Below, piece by piece: positions 1-12,696 of a DNA stretch of 64,000 nt. Source of the DNA: Prasinococcaceae sp. CCMP 1430 (Eukaryota > Plantae > Prasinodermophyta); the NCBI GenBank assembly GCA_013416795.1, contig RQSC01000015.1, forward strand, positions 399,255-463,254, given 5' to 3'. A program made the position numbers and the translations under genes. Numbering within the stretch: position 1 is the stretch's first letter; the number at the start of each line of letters is the position of its first letter. A model generated the notes under the pieces. The model did not search any database. It saw only the letters and a program-made list of their open reading frames with translations, and was not told the DNA's origin.

Positions 1-19
1 GGAAATTGCATGCGCGCGA

Positions 20-3000
20 GTGATTGCATTGAGCCCGCAATTCGCGCAGCGCGCGGAAGCAGCAATTCAAACCGCAGACAAGGAGGTGGCCGAGGCAAAG
101 GTCGACGAGGAGACGGCCAGCCCCGCCAGCAGTAGACACGGGGAGGTGACGGCGCTGGGCGCCGCCGGCGCGACTGCGAATCATGCAACTGATGGTACGG
201 GCGAGGGCTCCAGCGACGCGTCGGAGAGCCAGGCACCTCTGCCGGAGGAGCACGCTCCCGCAATGGAACCCGGGCGCGTGCCAGAGAATGCGGACTACGC
301 CGTTGGCGGCGGCGCTGGGCACGGCAGCAGCGCCCGGCCGCTCCCTACGCTGTCCCTGTCGAGGACGCGTCCGGGCGGCGCAGCGTCGACGCCCGTACCG
401 CGCCTGGCGCTGCCTCAAAGCTCTGTACCAGAGGCCTCGGCAGGTCCACTCACACGATCGACGCGGCGCACGATGTCAACTGATCGACGACGCGCAGAGC
501 TGCCGAAGGGCGCCCGCACCGTTGCTGCGCTGAGAGCAAGTGCTGACGCCCCGAGATTGTCCTTGGGTGCGCTGCCGACGCCGCGGTCGTTGAGCTCCCA
601 TCGATCGCTGTCGCTCTCGCAACGCGGCCCGGCGAGCGCTAAAGAAGAGCTGTCGGCCGTCGCTCGGCATTTAGGCCGCACGCAAGCCGCAGCGGCGCTT
701 GCCGCTGTCGCAGCCAGCCGCGTGCCCTTCGTTGGTAGTGTTTCTAGGAGCGGTGGTGCCAGCTATGCCGCTGCGACGCCCGCGCGGCCGGCGCCGACAC
801 GAACGACGCCGATGGGGGCAAGCTCTGCGGGACCGGTGATTGCTCGGCCCGTGGCTGAGAGCTGGCGCATCTTCTGTGACTCGGCAGTGTACAAGGCAAA
901 GGTTGCTCTGTTGCGAATCATCGCTGTGCTCCTGCGTGCGCTGGACGACGGGCATATGCCCGAACATCACGAAAACGCCAGTGCATCGAGCGCTTTCCTG
1001 CCAACACTCGCGTGCGTGGTCTTGGCCGATTGGGACCTGCTCCAACGCCGGGGAGGGCTCGCAAATGCGACAGCAACATTTCGCGTTGCGGCGTGCTCGG
1101 TGCTGGCGGCGTATCCCGCAAGAGCGATGCCCATCCCTGACGATGCAGCGACGGGACTAATCGCGGCTCCTGCCGTTGCCCTCGCCGGCGTCCAGGTCAA
1201 GACCGCCGTGGGAGGGCATGCTGCAATCGCTTACGTGCAGCGTCTTCTTGGGCGAATTCTGACCACCACCGGCTCGAGACGCACGGCGAGCGCCATCAGC
1301 GGCGCTAACAGTAGTGCCGGCGGCCGAGCCGCCAAGGACAGTGGCGTCATGTCCGCCGTCCGCTCAGCGCTGATTCTTCTCCTGGAAATCCTGCGCGCGT
1401 GCCCTGGTGGCCGCGTCAAAAACTCCGAGGAATCACAAGGTCGAAGCGTGCGTGCGAGTCTCGCGAGGGAGGCCCTTGACCGCTGCAGCGATCACTTGCA
1501 GAAGGTGCGGCGCCTCGTCATGGAGTCGCGACGGGCAGAGAGCGCGTCAGGCCGCAAAGCGGCGCCGCTATACACCCATACAGCAGCCACGCAAATGTGT
1601 GCAGCGCTCGTCGGGATTTACGCGATCGCGGCAGAGCGAGGTGACGAGGGCGACGAAGTTGACGCCTCGATCGCATCGCTCCACTCAACACTCGTCGCTA
1701 CGAGCACCAACTTTACATGGCTCTGTGAGTGGGGGGAGGCGATTCTGGTGCCTGAGGCTACCGACGCGCTGCGTGCCAGCGTTGACGCTTGCGCGCCCAT
1801 AGCCGCGGCAGCTATGGATGAAGCGCGTTGCGACCTGCTCAGATTGCTGGCATCCCTCGCCGCCGTGACTGCAGATGACCACGCCGATGGAAAGGGCCGG
1901 GGGGGCAGGCGATTCGTGGGTGCAACACCGCGCGAGCGCGGCATGGTCTCGGCCAATTGGCTGTCGCTGTGCACTGCGCCGAGCAGCTCACGCGAGGCGG
2001 GACTGATCACGCGGGCGTGCCTGGACGATCGTCTCTCTGCGAAAGTGCGCGCGACCGCGCTTTCGGTCGTGCGTACCGTGTTGGTGGCAGGCATGCTCAA
2101 GACCGACGAGCCGGCGGTCCAATTTTGGTCCGAGGACCATTTCGTGAGATTAGCCAGAGCGTACCTTGGCAGCACGGCGGACGAATCAACCGCTAGTGCC
2201 GCGGCTGAGTGTGCAGCTGCAGCAAGAGTTCTCACATCGCTTTCGAAGTCATCGCAGGCGGCAAGGCGAGCGTTGCTGCATGTGCGCTGCGTGGACTTCT
2301 TGGCAACCGAAATCAGTGCCGAGTTGGAGTGCTCTGCTGGCGGAGGCGCAGGCGGGCCATTCCTTCCTGCAGGGCAGCACTGTGGTGACGCGATCGGTAC
2401 CGCTCGCGCAGCGGGGAACTGGAGTGTGCAGGTGCCCTCGCTTTCGCTGCCGCCACAGGGGTCTAGAGCCGAAGAGAATGCCCACGCCTCAGACAGCGAC
2501 ATAGACAGCAGTGATGCTGGCTGCGAGCTCTGGACGCCGACACCGCGGAGCGACCGAATAGTCATCGGCCGCACGGCGACGGCGGCGCGCCCACCACCGC
2601 CATCGATGCCCGCGCTCGGCCTCGCAGATCGGGCCAACGGCGGCGCTTCTCCCGAAGGCGCCAGCGCGAACGCAGTCGCCGGACGCCCGCCGCAAATTTC
2701 GCTCCCCCCATTTCTGCGTGGGCCTGACGCTTACGCAGACCTCGGCAGCGCATCACTACCACCGTCGCCGCCCTGCGCGTCGGTGCCATCGTCGCCCCCT
2801 CCTTCGCCGCCTCCGGCGAACAGCGGCAGCGATGCTGGGGACGGTGCCGAGGGCGCTTTTCGGTGTCGGCCATCGAGCGTGTTGGATTTGTTTTGGAGCA
2901 CGCAGGATCCCTTCGTTGCCGACGAAGAGAGCCTTCACGGCGACGTCGACGGAACGCAGGCGCATCTGTCGCCCATCCAGGCGAGCGTTCGTGGCGCGGA

Positions 3001-4684
3001 GGCGCAGCGCAAATCGCAAGAGAGCGAGGCGTCTGATCATTCGTACGATGATGGGTGCGAGCTGTATGCCGAGACGCCACGCAACGAGCGCTTCGTCATC
3101 GGCGCGTCGACCACAACGCCGCCAGCGCTCGCTCTGGCCGCAAGCGAGCATGGACTCACCGGTGGTCGCGCGGCCGCGCGTGCGCCGACGCACGGGCACG
3201 GCGTCTTCACAGCGGCCGACAGGGCGGGTGTGCCCGCGCAGCCTCTTGCCTACGCGCCCGAGCCCGCAAGCGGCGATCTCTACGGCGTGGCCCGCTCCAC
3301 CAGGCTACTGTACGCGGATATCGACCTGCATGCCACACTTTTGGAGCTCTTGCTCGTGCTACTCACAGCTCACGACTCCGATAGCACGGACGGCACGTCG
3401 GTCGCGGTCGCGGAGGGGACCCGCCTCTCGCCGTGGTACAGCTCGCAGCTTCCTGTCGAGGCGGGTCAGCCCAATGCGCCGTACCTGCTGCACCACCACC
3501 TGCACCACCCGATGAATGCGCCAGTGCTACCGCTGGTCAAGAAGGCGGCGAGGGGGCTCGGCGGGCCGGCTCTGCGGCTGCTCAAGCTCTGCGAAACGGG
3601 CAGCTTCCCTGCGAGCCGCTACGGGCGACTAGAGCGCCTGTGGCGGGGGGAGAAGTCCTCGGTCTTCTGTGCTCAGCGCAAGCCCGATGGCGTGGCCGAC
3701 AGCGCCGCGGATGACGACAGCTGGGCCGGCCAGCTCACCGCCCTCAAGGTGATGGAAATGCCGCGTTCTGTGCACGACCCGTGCGTCGCGTACGACGCGT
3801 ACAGCGAGGTCAGCGTGCTGCAGCACCTGCAGCAAAGCAGCGTTGCTCGACATGCGTGTGCGCTCCTTGACTATGGCGTCGGGCGTGATGGATACTACAT
3901 CGCCATGCCCATGTAAGAGGCATCGCTTAGGCAATGGCGCGCGCGCCACGAGGGACTGTATGGAGAGCTACCGCTCGTGCGGCGCCTGCCATTGTATATG
4001 CGCGTATACGAAGCGGCGCTCGAGAGCGTGGTGGCAGTTTGCGGCGCGGGCTCTGTCTGCCACTTCGACATCAAGGCGGACAACGTCCTGCTCGAGATGT
4101 GCACAGGCTCCACCGAGAGCGCATTCTGGGAGCCTTCGCTCGGACACGCGCCGCTGCCCTTCAGATGCGTGCTTGGGGATTTCGGCGAGGCCGTCGTGTT
4201 GTCCACAGATGGGCTGCCGTACGACTACGGCGACGACACCGTGGAGCGCTGTGTCACCATGCGCAATCGCGGCACGGAATACATTAAGGCCCCTGAGATG
4301 CTGCTCGTGGAGGAAGCGGCGCGTACGGACGCAGCGTCGTACGATCGGCGGCGAGTGGGTGGCGTCGGGCGCGCGGCAGACTTGTGGAGTTTGGCGTGCA
4401 TGCTCTACGAGATCATCGCCAACGAGTTTCTGTTCTATGAGGCCGACTGGACACGTTTCTTCGCGCGCGCGACGACGGAGAAGTTGGAAGTGCTTGAGAA
4501 CAGTCACCGCGATCGCATGGGGGGCGACGTCGCGCGTCCGCTGCAGGCCCTGCTCGAGCGCACGCTGGTTCGCGAGCCCTCGCGCCGCCCGAGCATGCGC
4601 GAGTTTTCCACGCGGTTCGCCGCGGCGCGGCGCGACGTGCTTCAGGCTATCGCCAGCTCGCGCGAGAATGTGCTCACCATCTGA
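20..4684 (+). CDS. Large Ser/Thr protein kinase (long low-complexity/helical N-terminus, C-terminal kinase domain) interrupted by one in-frame TAA at 3914-3916
   Basis: ORFs 20..3916 and 3977..4684 share one frame. Kinase motifs run across the stop: ALKV (VAIK-like), YSEVSVL (helix C), HFDIKADNVLL, LGDFGEA, RGTEYIKAPEML, ADLWSLACMLYE, RRPSM. The 5' start is uncertain. Confidence 0.8.
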
Positions 4685-4757
4685 CCCGATGGACTATTAA
4701 TTAATACCGCGGCTTCACGATGCGGCCCAGCACGCGCCTCCGCCCCCGCCGCCCGCG

Positions 4758-6095
4758 TCAGTACGCCGACTGTTCGGCCTCGTCGCCAGCGAGAAACCAG
4801 AACGACAGCGCCAGCCTATCACGCGAGGTGGGGCGCACCTCGTGCTCCACATCGCGGCTGCGGAAGAGCACGAGCATATCCGACTGCGAGGCGTGTGCAC
4901 GCGCGCCCAGGGGGAGCGGACCATGACGGATGAGCGGCCGCGGCAGCGGGGTCGCGAGGCGCAGCGTCAGTTGCGCATCTGAGAGTCCTGCGCGGATTCA
5001 GCGCCGGCCGCTGCTAGTGCGCCGCCGAGCGCAGGAGAGACGTACCTTTGGTGAGAGCGTCACGGGCTCGGAGTCGGCGTCGCCGCTACCTGGCGGGTAC
5101 AACACGAGCTCGCCTCCGTCCGTCGCCGGGTCCCAGTCTGGGGGCGTTGCGTAATAGATTGCCGACACCAGTCGCGAGTCCGCGCGCGGCGATGCTGCGG
5201 TAGCGTCGAGGTGCCGCACGAACCCCTTTTTCCCGGCCGCGTACTGCGCGAGCATGGCCTTTGACATGTACTCGGACGGCTCGCGCAGAGGCAGCGAGGG
5301 CGCTCCCTGCCGCACCGCGCTGAGGACATGCGTGCGCAGCAGCTGTGTTGTCGCCGCGGCGAGCGTGCCGCCGGGGGCGACAACGCCACCGTCGCCCGCC
5401 TCAGCGGCCAGGGCGCCGGCAGGCGCGTCTGCCTCGTCGCGCTCATCACCGAGCAGCCACAGCACGACGTCGTCGCGCTGTGAGCGATCGGCCGCCCCTG
5501 TGCGTTCCATCTCGCCTGCACTGGCGTCCGCGCCTCGCCGCGCGTCGAAGTGCGACTCGAGCGCCGCGCGCACGGCAGCCGCCTGGGGCGCACCGAAAAG
5601 CGCCTCGACAGTGGCGTATCCCTTGCCGCTGGCTTCGAGCTCCTTCGCTGCGGCTGCGACGCGCTGCTCGAGGGATGGCGTGGCATGAAGTGTCCACGGC
5701 GAGGTCTGCCCCGGCTCTGCCGGCGCAGGAGGCGTGAGGTAGTCCGAGCGCACCCCCGCGGCGGCGGCGATGCGCGTGGGGAGGGAGTAGTGCACCATGC
5801 CCGCCTCCGCGCACGTGATGGCGAGCGCGACGAGCTCTCCGAGCGCTGGCAGCGCTTGCGCCTGTATGGCCCCCATTGCCTCCATCTCGAACGCGAAGCC
5901 AAGGTGAGGCGAGGCGTAGAAGCGCGAGTGCGATCGAGTCTCTGACGGGCGCGTGGCGAGCAGCCTCGAGATGGCGGGGGCGATGGACGCGCCCCTACGC
6001 GCACCAGCGCCCGGGCCTCCCGCCGCCACCACCGCCGCCGCCGCGCCCTCGAGCTCCGAGCGCAGGCCGCGCGCGCAGTGCTCGAGCAGCGCCAT
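4758..6095 (-). CDS. 2OG-Fe(II) oxygenase, EGLN/prolyl-4-hydroxylase-like; exons 5046..6095 and 4758..4883
   Basis: RDDVVLWL, FVRHLD (HxD), RLVSAIYY, DWDPATDGGELVLYP. A GT-AG intron at 4884..5045 joins to SDMLVLFRSRDVEHEVRPTSRDRLALSFW (distal His and 2OG-binding Arg). The start may lie further upstream. Confidence 0.8.
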
Positions 6096-7198
6096 CTGGG
6101 CGTCAGCGTTTGGCGTGGGCGCGTCGCCGCTCGCAGCTGTAGCAGCCGCGACGCAGCGCGCGCGTGCGTAAAAGGGCGCGGCGCGCGCCCCGGTTCCGCG
6201 GCGGTTCCGTTCCGTGTTTCCGCCGTTTCGGATTCGCCCGGCGCGCCTCTTTCCTCTGCTCTCGCCCCCCACCCGGGGGCCAACGGCGGCTCGCCGCGGC
6301 GGCTGCGCGTTTCGCGCTCCACAAAGCGCGCGCGGGGAGCCCAACCGGCATGCGTCATTCCCCGCTTCGCTACTCCGCGCTTCGCCGAGTTTGGGTTGTT
6401 TTCCTCGCGACAAGAAAAGGTTTGATGTGCAAAGGTTTTCCGCGCGCGGCGGCGCGCCGGCGCAGCCGCGGCCGCGGCCGCGGCNNNNNNNNNNNNNNNN
6501 NNNNNNNNNNNNNNNNNNNNNNNNNNNNNNNNNNNNNNNNNNNNNNNNNNNNNNNNNNNNNNNNNNNNNNNNNNNNNNNNNNNNNNNNNNNNNNNNNNNN
6601 NNNNNNNNNNNNNNNNNNNNNNNNNNNNNNNNNNNNNNNNNNNNNNNNNNNNNNNNNNNNNNNNNNNNNNNNNNNNNNNNNNNNNNNNNNNNNNNNNNNN
6701 NNNNNNNNNNNNNNNNNNNNNNNNNNNNNNNNNNNNNNNNNNNNNNNNNNNNNNNNNNNNNNNNNNNNNNNNNNNNNNNNNNNNNNNNNNNNNNNNNNNN
6801 NNNNNNNNNNNNNNNNNNNNNNNNNNNNNNNNNNNNNNNNNNNNNNNNNNNNNNNNNNNNNNNNNNNNNNNNNNNNNNNNNNNNNNNNNNNNNNNNNNNN
6901 NNNNNNNNNNNNNNNNNNNNNNNNNNNNNNNNNNNNNNNNNNNNNNNNNNNNNNNNNNNNNNNNNNNNNNNNNNNGCTGCGCGGCGGCCTGGGGGCGGCA
7001 CAGCGCGTGTGCGGCCGCGGGCGCGGCACCGGGACCGCCGCACGCCGCCGCCCTCGAAACCATCTGCGCTCCCTTGGAACTGCGCAATCGCCGATACGGG
7101 CGGGGCGAGGCAGGGCGCGAGGCGGCGGGCGACCCGCCGCGACAGGGCGCGGGGACGCTTGCGCCGTGACATCAAGCCATAGCTGGAGCGCGGTGGCG

Positions 7199-8431
7199 AT
7201 GGTGAAGGTGGACGAGGCAAACAGGGCGCATGTGAGCATCGCCGTCCGCGGCACGAGGGCGGCGGCCGCAGCTGGGGGTGCGCCGCGAAAGAAGGTTTGT
7301 GCGCGCGCCCGCCGCTGCGCGGGTTGCGGCGACTCCCAGCGAACGCGCGCGCGACCCCGTCCGTTGCACGTCCCGAACACCGCGTACTGCCGCGGTGCGC
7401 ACACTCGAGCGCAAGGGAGGGCGCGCCGCTCTGCTACATACATCTGACACCCGCGCCTGCGTACTGCCGCTTCCGCCTCGTCACAGTCTGCATCAGGTGG
7501 CAAAATCGTCGCGGCCGCGGCATTTAATGTGGCGTCGACGAGCGCCATCGTGGTGCTCAACAAACACGTCTTCTCGACCTTCGCCTTCAGGTTTCCCATC
7601 CTGCTCGTGTGCGTGCACATGGCAATCACGTGGGCGGGCATGCGCGGAGCGGCCGCTCTGGGCAGGTTCGAGCTGAAGCCAGTGGGATTCCGTGGCGCGT
7701 TCCTCCTGGCGGTGGTCTTCAATGGCTACAACCTGAGCTCGCTCGCCAACCTGCGCCTCAACTCTGTCGGCATCTACCAGCTCACCAAGATACTCATCGC
7801 CCCAGCGGTGATGGTGACAGAATTCGCCCTCTTCCGAAAGAGCACGAGCGCGACGGTCAAGGCAGCTGTCGCGATCATGTGCGCGGGTGTGGCGGCGGCG
7901 ACGGTCACAGACGTGCAGGTGCACGGGGCTGGCCTAGTTGCCAGCGGGGCAGCCATCGCGGGCGCAACAGCGTACCAAATTTCGATTGCGCGCCTACAGA
8001 AGCATTTTCACGCGAGCTCCAACCAGCTTCTCACCGCCTGCATACCCGCGGCACTGCTCATCGGACTGCTCATGACGCCCGTCGACAGTCTGCTCACAGC
8101 AGAAGGCGAGGCGGCGCTGACGCCACTGCAGTGGTGGCGAAGCGAACACGCCACGCCGCAGGCACTCTTGGTGATCGCACTCAGTGGCGTGGCGGGACTG
8201 ATGGTATCGCTATCAACGTTTCTCTTCATCGGCGTCGCCGGCCCTCTGACATACAATGTGGTGGGCCACATCAAAACGGTGACGGTGCTCACCAGCGGCT
8301 GGATCATCTTCGGTGACTACATGTCCACCCAGAAGCTCGTTGGCCTTCTCTTCACACTGAAGGGGATCATTCTCTACTCGGTGGTCAAGATGCGCGAGAG
8401 CTCGGCCGGGAAGCGGGTTACGGGGGAGTAG
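7199..8431 (+). CDS. Nucleotide-sugar / triose-phosphate transporter (TPT) family; exons 7199..7231 and 7487..8431
   Basis: FNVASTSAIVVLNK, NLRLNSVGIYQLTK, GPLTYNVVGHIKT motifs with multiple hydrophobic helices. GTGAGC donor at 7232 and CAG acceptor at 7486 give a phase 0 join. Confidence 0.8.
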
Positions 8432-8734
8432 GCAAGCACAGGCGCATCATCCCGGCCCGATTCATTCTTCAATGAAACGCAATGCAATGCCCACACGGCA
8501 CCCGCCCCCACCGCGCTGCGCTGCGCGCGCGCCCAGCCACGCACGCGCTGCTGCTCCCAGCGCGCGCATGTGCGCGCGTACACGGCCGGGCCGAAGTATA
8601 TGTGGCGGTGCCAGCCACGCTAGATTACTTCCCGTCGGGCGGGGCACGCGGGCGCAGGCAGGCGACGGCCGCTGCCGCAGCGCGCCCGCGGGCAACGGCC
8701 GCATCGGCACGCGCCGCAGCCGCGAGTGCAGTCG

Positions 8735-10902
8735 CTATTGCCTGCTTCGCCGCGCGAGGACGACCGCGGCAACAGCGGCCGAGGCTGCACTAATGATCGG
8801 CATAATGGCCGCCTGCACCCACCAGGGCGGCGCAGCAGGCGCCTTGGCCGCGTATGCGCGCGAGCTCTGCTCGACCGCCTCCACCGCGCGTGTGAGGCGC
8901 TGCAGGAGTCCGCCGAGCTCGCGCTGACGCGAGGCCACTTCTGTTGCTGCGTGCGTCGCAGCGCCAAGCGCCTGCTCCCAGTCGGCGCCCACGCCACTGC
9001 CGGTCGCCGCGTCGTATCCGACGTTGGCCACGCTCGATGCCCTCGAGTGCGCCGCATGCACGCCCATTGAGGCTGCCGGCATCTTGACGAAGCTCGAGCT
9101 GCTCTTGAGCCTCGTCAGGCCCAGCGCGGGCGACTGCTGCTCCACGCCCATGCCGGGCGCCTCGTGCGGCATGACTCCGTCCGCTCCGTCGCGAATTTCG
9201 CCGTGCAGGACGCGCGGAATGCCCACTAGCCCGGCCTGCTGCGCGAGCCCCGTGCCCTTGCGCAGCTCCTCGCTGGTGCGCTCCTGGAAGTCGTGCGTGA
9301 GGCTCTCCGCCTGCACCTCCTCAATGTACGAGCGCGGCACGTAGCCGCCCTGCATGTTCAGCGAGGTCGCCACCTTGTCTACCAGCGCGCGGTCCATCCC
9401 CTGCACCTGCACGTACACTCGGCCCTCGAGACCATCGATGACGTCGTACTTGATCTGGATGTCGTCGGTTGCCAGCGTCGTGGAAGTGCGCTTCATGATT
9501 ACGGCGATCTCATAACCGAGCGCCATGAGGCCGCCAAGGATGCGCACGTTGACCTCGAAGGTGATGCGCGGGGCGATGATGAAGGGCCCATCGGTGACCC
9601 ACTCCTCGAAGATGAGCGAGTAGCGCCCGTCCGTGTTGCGCATGCGCAGCCACGTCTGGCACATGTCGGGGTCTTCGCCTGGTGGCAGAAGGTAAATGTC
9701 GTACAAGTCCGTCGTGGTCGTCTCAATCTCCTGGCCGACGGTCTTGAGCACGCGGCGAGCGTCCTCCTCGGGCACGTGCGCGACGCTCTTGAGGATGTAC
9801 GTGGGTTTTTGCAGCCCGCTGAACGGGTTGAAGTTGTTCGTGATGCGGATGTGCGCGGTCTGCAGGTCGGGCTCGATGAACGCCTTGTACATGGGGTACA
9901 CCGTCTCGGTGATCTGCTGCACGATGCCCTCGGGATCCTGGCCGGAGCGGTGGACATCGCGCATCACGCGCTTGACCAGATCGAAGTGCACGCCGCCCGA
10001 GACGGACACGCGCAAGTCGAGGCTCTTGTGCAGGCGCGACGACAGCGCGTAGATGCCCTCCAGGCACACGATGCGCGACTCCGGCGGCTCCTGCGTGCGG
10101 TAGCCCACTCGCTTCGACGTCTTGAAGTCGTAGATGGGGACCTCTGTGGAGCGGCCCGCACGAAGGTCCTCCAGGTTCTTTGTCAGCGTGTCGTAGTCTG
10201 TGAGGCGCGGGTCATCGAAGTTGGAGTCGACCTGCCGTGCGCGCCGCCGCGCAGAGGTGCGAGAGAGCGGCGCGAGGGGGCGCGCGCGTCAGCATCGCCT
10301 GGCGGAACGCGCGCTGCCCGACGGCTGCGATCGCGCCCCGTCGCCGCTGCTGACCGGGCCGCCCGGCGCCGCGCCGCGCCGCGCGGCACGCACCACTTTG
10401 CTGCCGTCGTTGTACATGTCCATGGAGATGACCGCCACGCCCGGGATGAAGCTGCGGATCTTCTCGCTGAAGACCGTCTTGCCGCTCCCCGATGGCCCCG
10501 CGAGTCCGATCAGCACGACGCCGTCGTTGCGCGATGTGAGAAGCTGTGCGAATGCAGAGCGGGGAGGGGGAGGCGCCGTCAGCGAGCGGCGGCGCGCATC
10601 GCCGCGCCCGGGCAGCGCCGCCGGGGCCGGCGCGGCGCATCGCCACCGCTCCGCGCTGCGAATCCGGCGGGCCGGCTCACCTGCACGGCGCGTATGAAGA
10701 GGAAGAAGCCCTTGTCGAAGGAGAAGACTTCGTCGATGGGCTTGATCTCGAAGCGGCCATCCTTGCGCTCGCGCAGGTGCAGCTTGTGCTTGAGCAGCGT
10801 GTGCCTCGACGGCGGCGGGCTGAGCGTGTCTCCCGCCGACCCCGCGCCGCCGCCGGCGGTCGTCGCCGCCGCCTCGTGCGAGGCGCGGTAGCCCGGCGGC
10901 AT
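8735..10902 (-). CDS. Uridine-kinase-like + CYTH domain protein (plant TTM1/TTM2-like) with C-terminal membrane anchor; exons 10681..10902, 10394..10543, 8735..10231
   Basis: P-loop GLAGPSGSGKT, NFDDPRLTDYD, VPIYDFK, EGIYAL, CYTH segment TTDLYDIYLLPPGED...LRMRN...FEEW, and hydrophobic tail. Two GT-AG phase 0 introns (10544..10680, 10232..10393). Confidence 0.85.
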
Positions 10903-11226
10903 GNNNNNNNNNNNNNNNNNNNNNNNNNNNNNNNNNNNNNNNNNNNNNNNNNNNNNNNNNNNNNNNNNNNNNNNNNNNNNNNNNNNNNNNNNNNNNNNNN
11001 NNNNNNNNNNNNNNNNNNNNNNNNNNNNNNNNNNNNNNNNNNNNNNNNNNNNNNNNNNNNNNNNNNNNNNNNNNNNNNNNNNNNNNNNNNNNNNNNNNNN
11101 NNNNNNNNNNNNNNNNNNNNNNNNNNNNNNNNNNNNNNNNNNNNNNNNNNNNNNNNNNNNNNNNNNNNNNNNNNNNNNNNNNNNNNNNNNNNNNNNNNNN
11201 NNNNNNNNNNNNNNNNNNNNNNNNNG

Positions 11227-12645
11227 CGGCGGGCGCGTGCGCGTCGGCTTCGAGGCGCTCGCGGCGAGGGGGTACGCCGGAGTGGCCGGCGCTGGCAGGC
11301 GCGTGGGGGTGGTGTCCAACCAGACCGGTGAGGGCGCTCGCGCGCCCGATCCGGCCAGCCCGCTGCGCCGCGGGCGGCCTCGCGATTGCCTCTGAGCGCT
11401 GCCTGGCGGGCGCGGCCCTCTGACGGCGCGCACGCACCCGCGCTCGCTTCGCTGGCCGCGCCTCGCTGTCTCTCTGTGCTCTCTGCTCTGCTCTCTCTCT
11501 CTCTGTCACACGCGCGCGCGGCAGGCGTGCTCCCGGATGCCCCGGGCACGCACATCGTGGACGCACTGCACGCCGCGCCCGGCGTCAACCTTGTCGCCGC
11601 GTTCGGCCCCGAGCACGGCTTCCGCGGCGCCGGCCAGGCGGGCAGCGGCGGCGGCGGGCCCGGCCGCGACGCCCGCACCGGAGTGCCCGTGTACTCCATT
11701 TACGGCGCGGCCGGCTCCAAGCTCGAGGGGATAATTGCCAAGGCGGGCGTCGATGTGCTGCTCTTCGACATCCAAGACGTCGGCACCCGCTTTTACACGT
11801 ACATATGGTCGCTCTACGACGTGCTCGTCGCGGTGGCCAGCATGCGAGCGAAGCGGACCAAGGCCCCCCGCGTGGTCGTGCTGGACCGCCCGAACCCGCT
11901 AGGAGGCATCCTCGTGGAAGGGCCCACGCTCGAGCGAGGTCTGGCGACCTTCGTTGGGCGAAAGCCCATCTGCCTGCGGCACGGCATGACGCTGGCCGAG
12001 CTCGCGCTCCTCTTCAACGGCGAGTTCGTCGCTGCGGACGCCGGCGGGAGCAAGGCCGAGCTGGACGTCGTCCCGATGGAGGGATGGGCGAGGAACATGC
12101 TCTGGTCGGACACGCGCCTGCGCTGGGTGCCTCCCTCGCCCAACATGCCCACGCCCGCCACCGCGCTGATGTACCCAGGCATGGGCCTCGTCGAGGGTAC
12201 GAACGTCTCCGAGGGCCGCGGCACGACGACGCCCTTCGAGGCGAGCGGCGCGCCATGGGTGGACGACAAATTGCTGCCAGAGCTCGCGAGCGAGCTCGCA
12301 GCGCTGGGTGCGGTGGCGCGAGAGGCGTACTTCGTTCCCACCTTCTCCAAGTACAAAGGCGAGACCGTGCGTGGGGTTCACCTGTATCCCGCCGGCGATC
12401 CCGCCGCGTTCGAGGCGCTGCCGGTCGCGCTGGCGTACATATTGGCGATGCGACGCCTATATCCTGGCAAGTTCGGCTTCCGCGCGGACGGTTTCTTCGA
12501 CAAATTGGCGGGCACGGCCTCCTGGCGGCCGATGATCGAGCAAGGCGCTGGCGTCGACGAGCTCCTCGCGATCGCCGCTCGCGAGCGCGACGAGTTCATC
12601 GAGGTCCGGCAGCGTTACCTCCTCTACAAGGACCGCGCGGCGTGA
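11227..12645 (+). CDS. DUF1343 / NamZ (YbbC) family exo-beta-N-acetylmuramidase; 5' end in gap; intron 11328..11524
   Basis: RVGVVSNQTG | VLP..., FGPEHGFRG, FDIQDVGTRFYTYI, DRPNP, HGMTLAEL, PPSPNMPT, EGTNVSEGRGTTTPFE. GTGAG donor and CAG acceptor restore the frame. Confidence 0.88.
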
Positions 12646-12696
12646 ACCTGCCCGCAATGGAAGTGTGGATGCAATGCATTACGCTGCGGCGCCCGC

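Noticed and set aside
3914-3916. TAA codon reassignment as a genome-wide explanation
   Set aside because: TAA terminates the deoxynucleoside kinase and coiled-coil ORFs at plausible ends, and no other conserved gene here contains an internal TAA.
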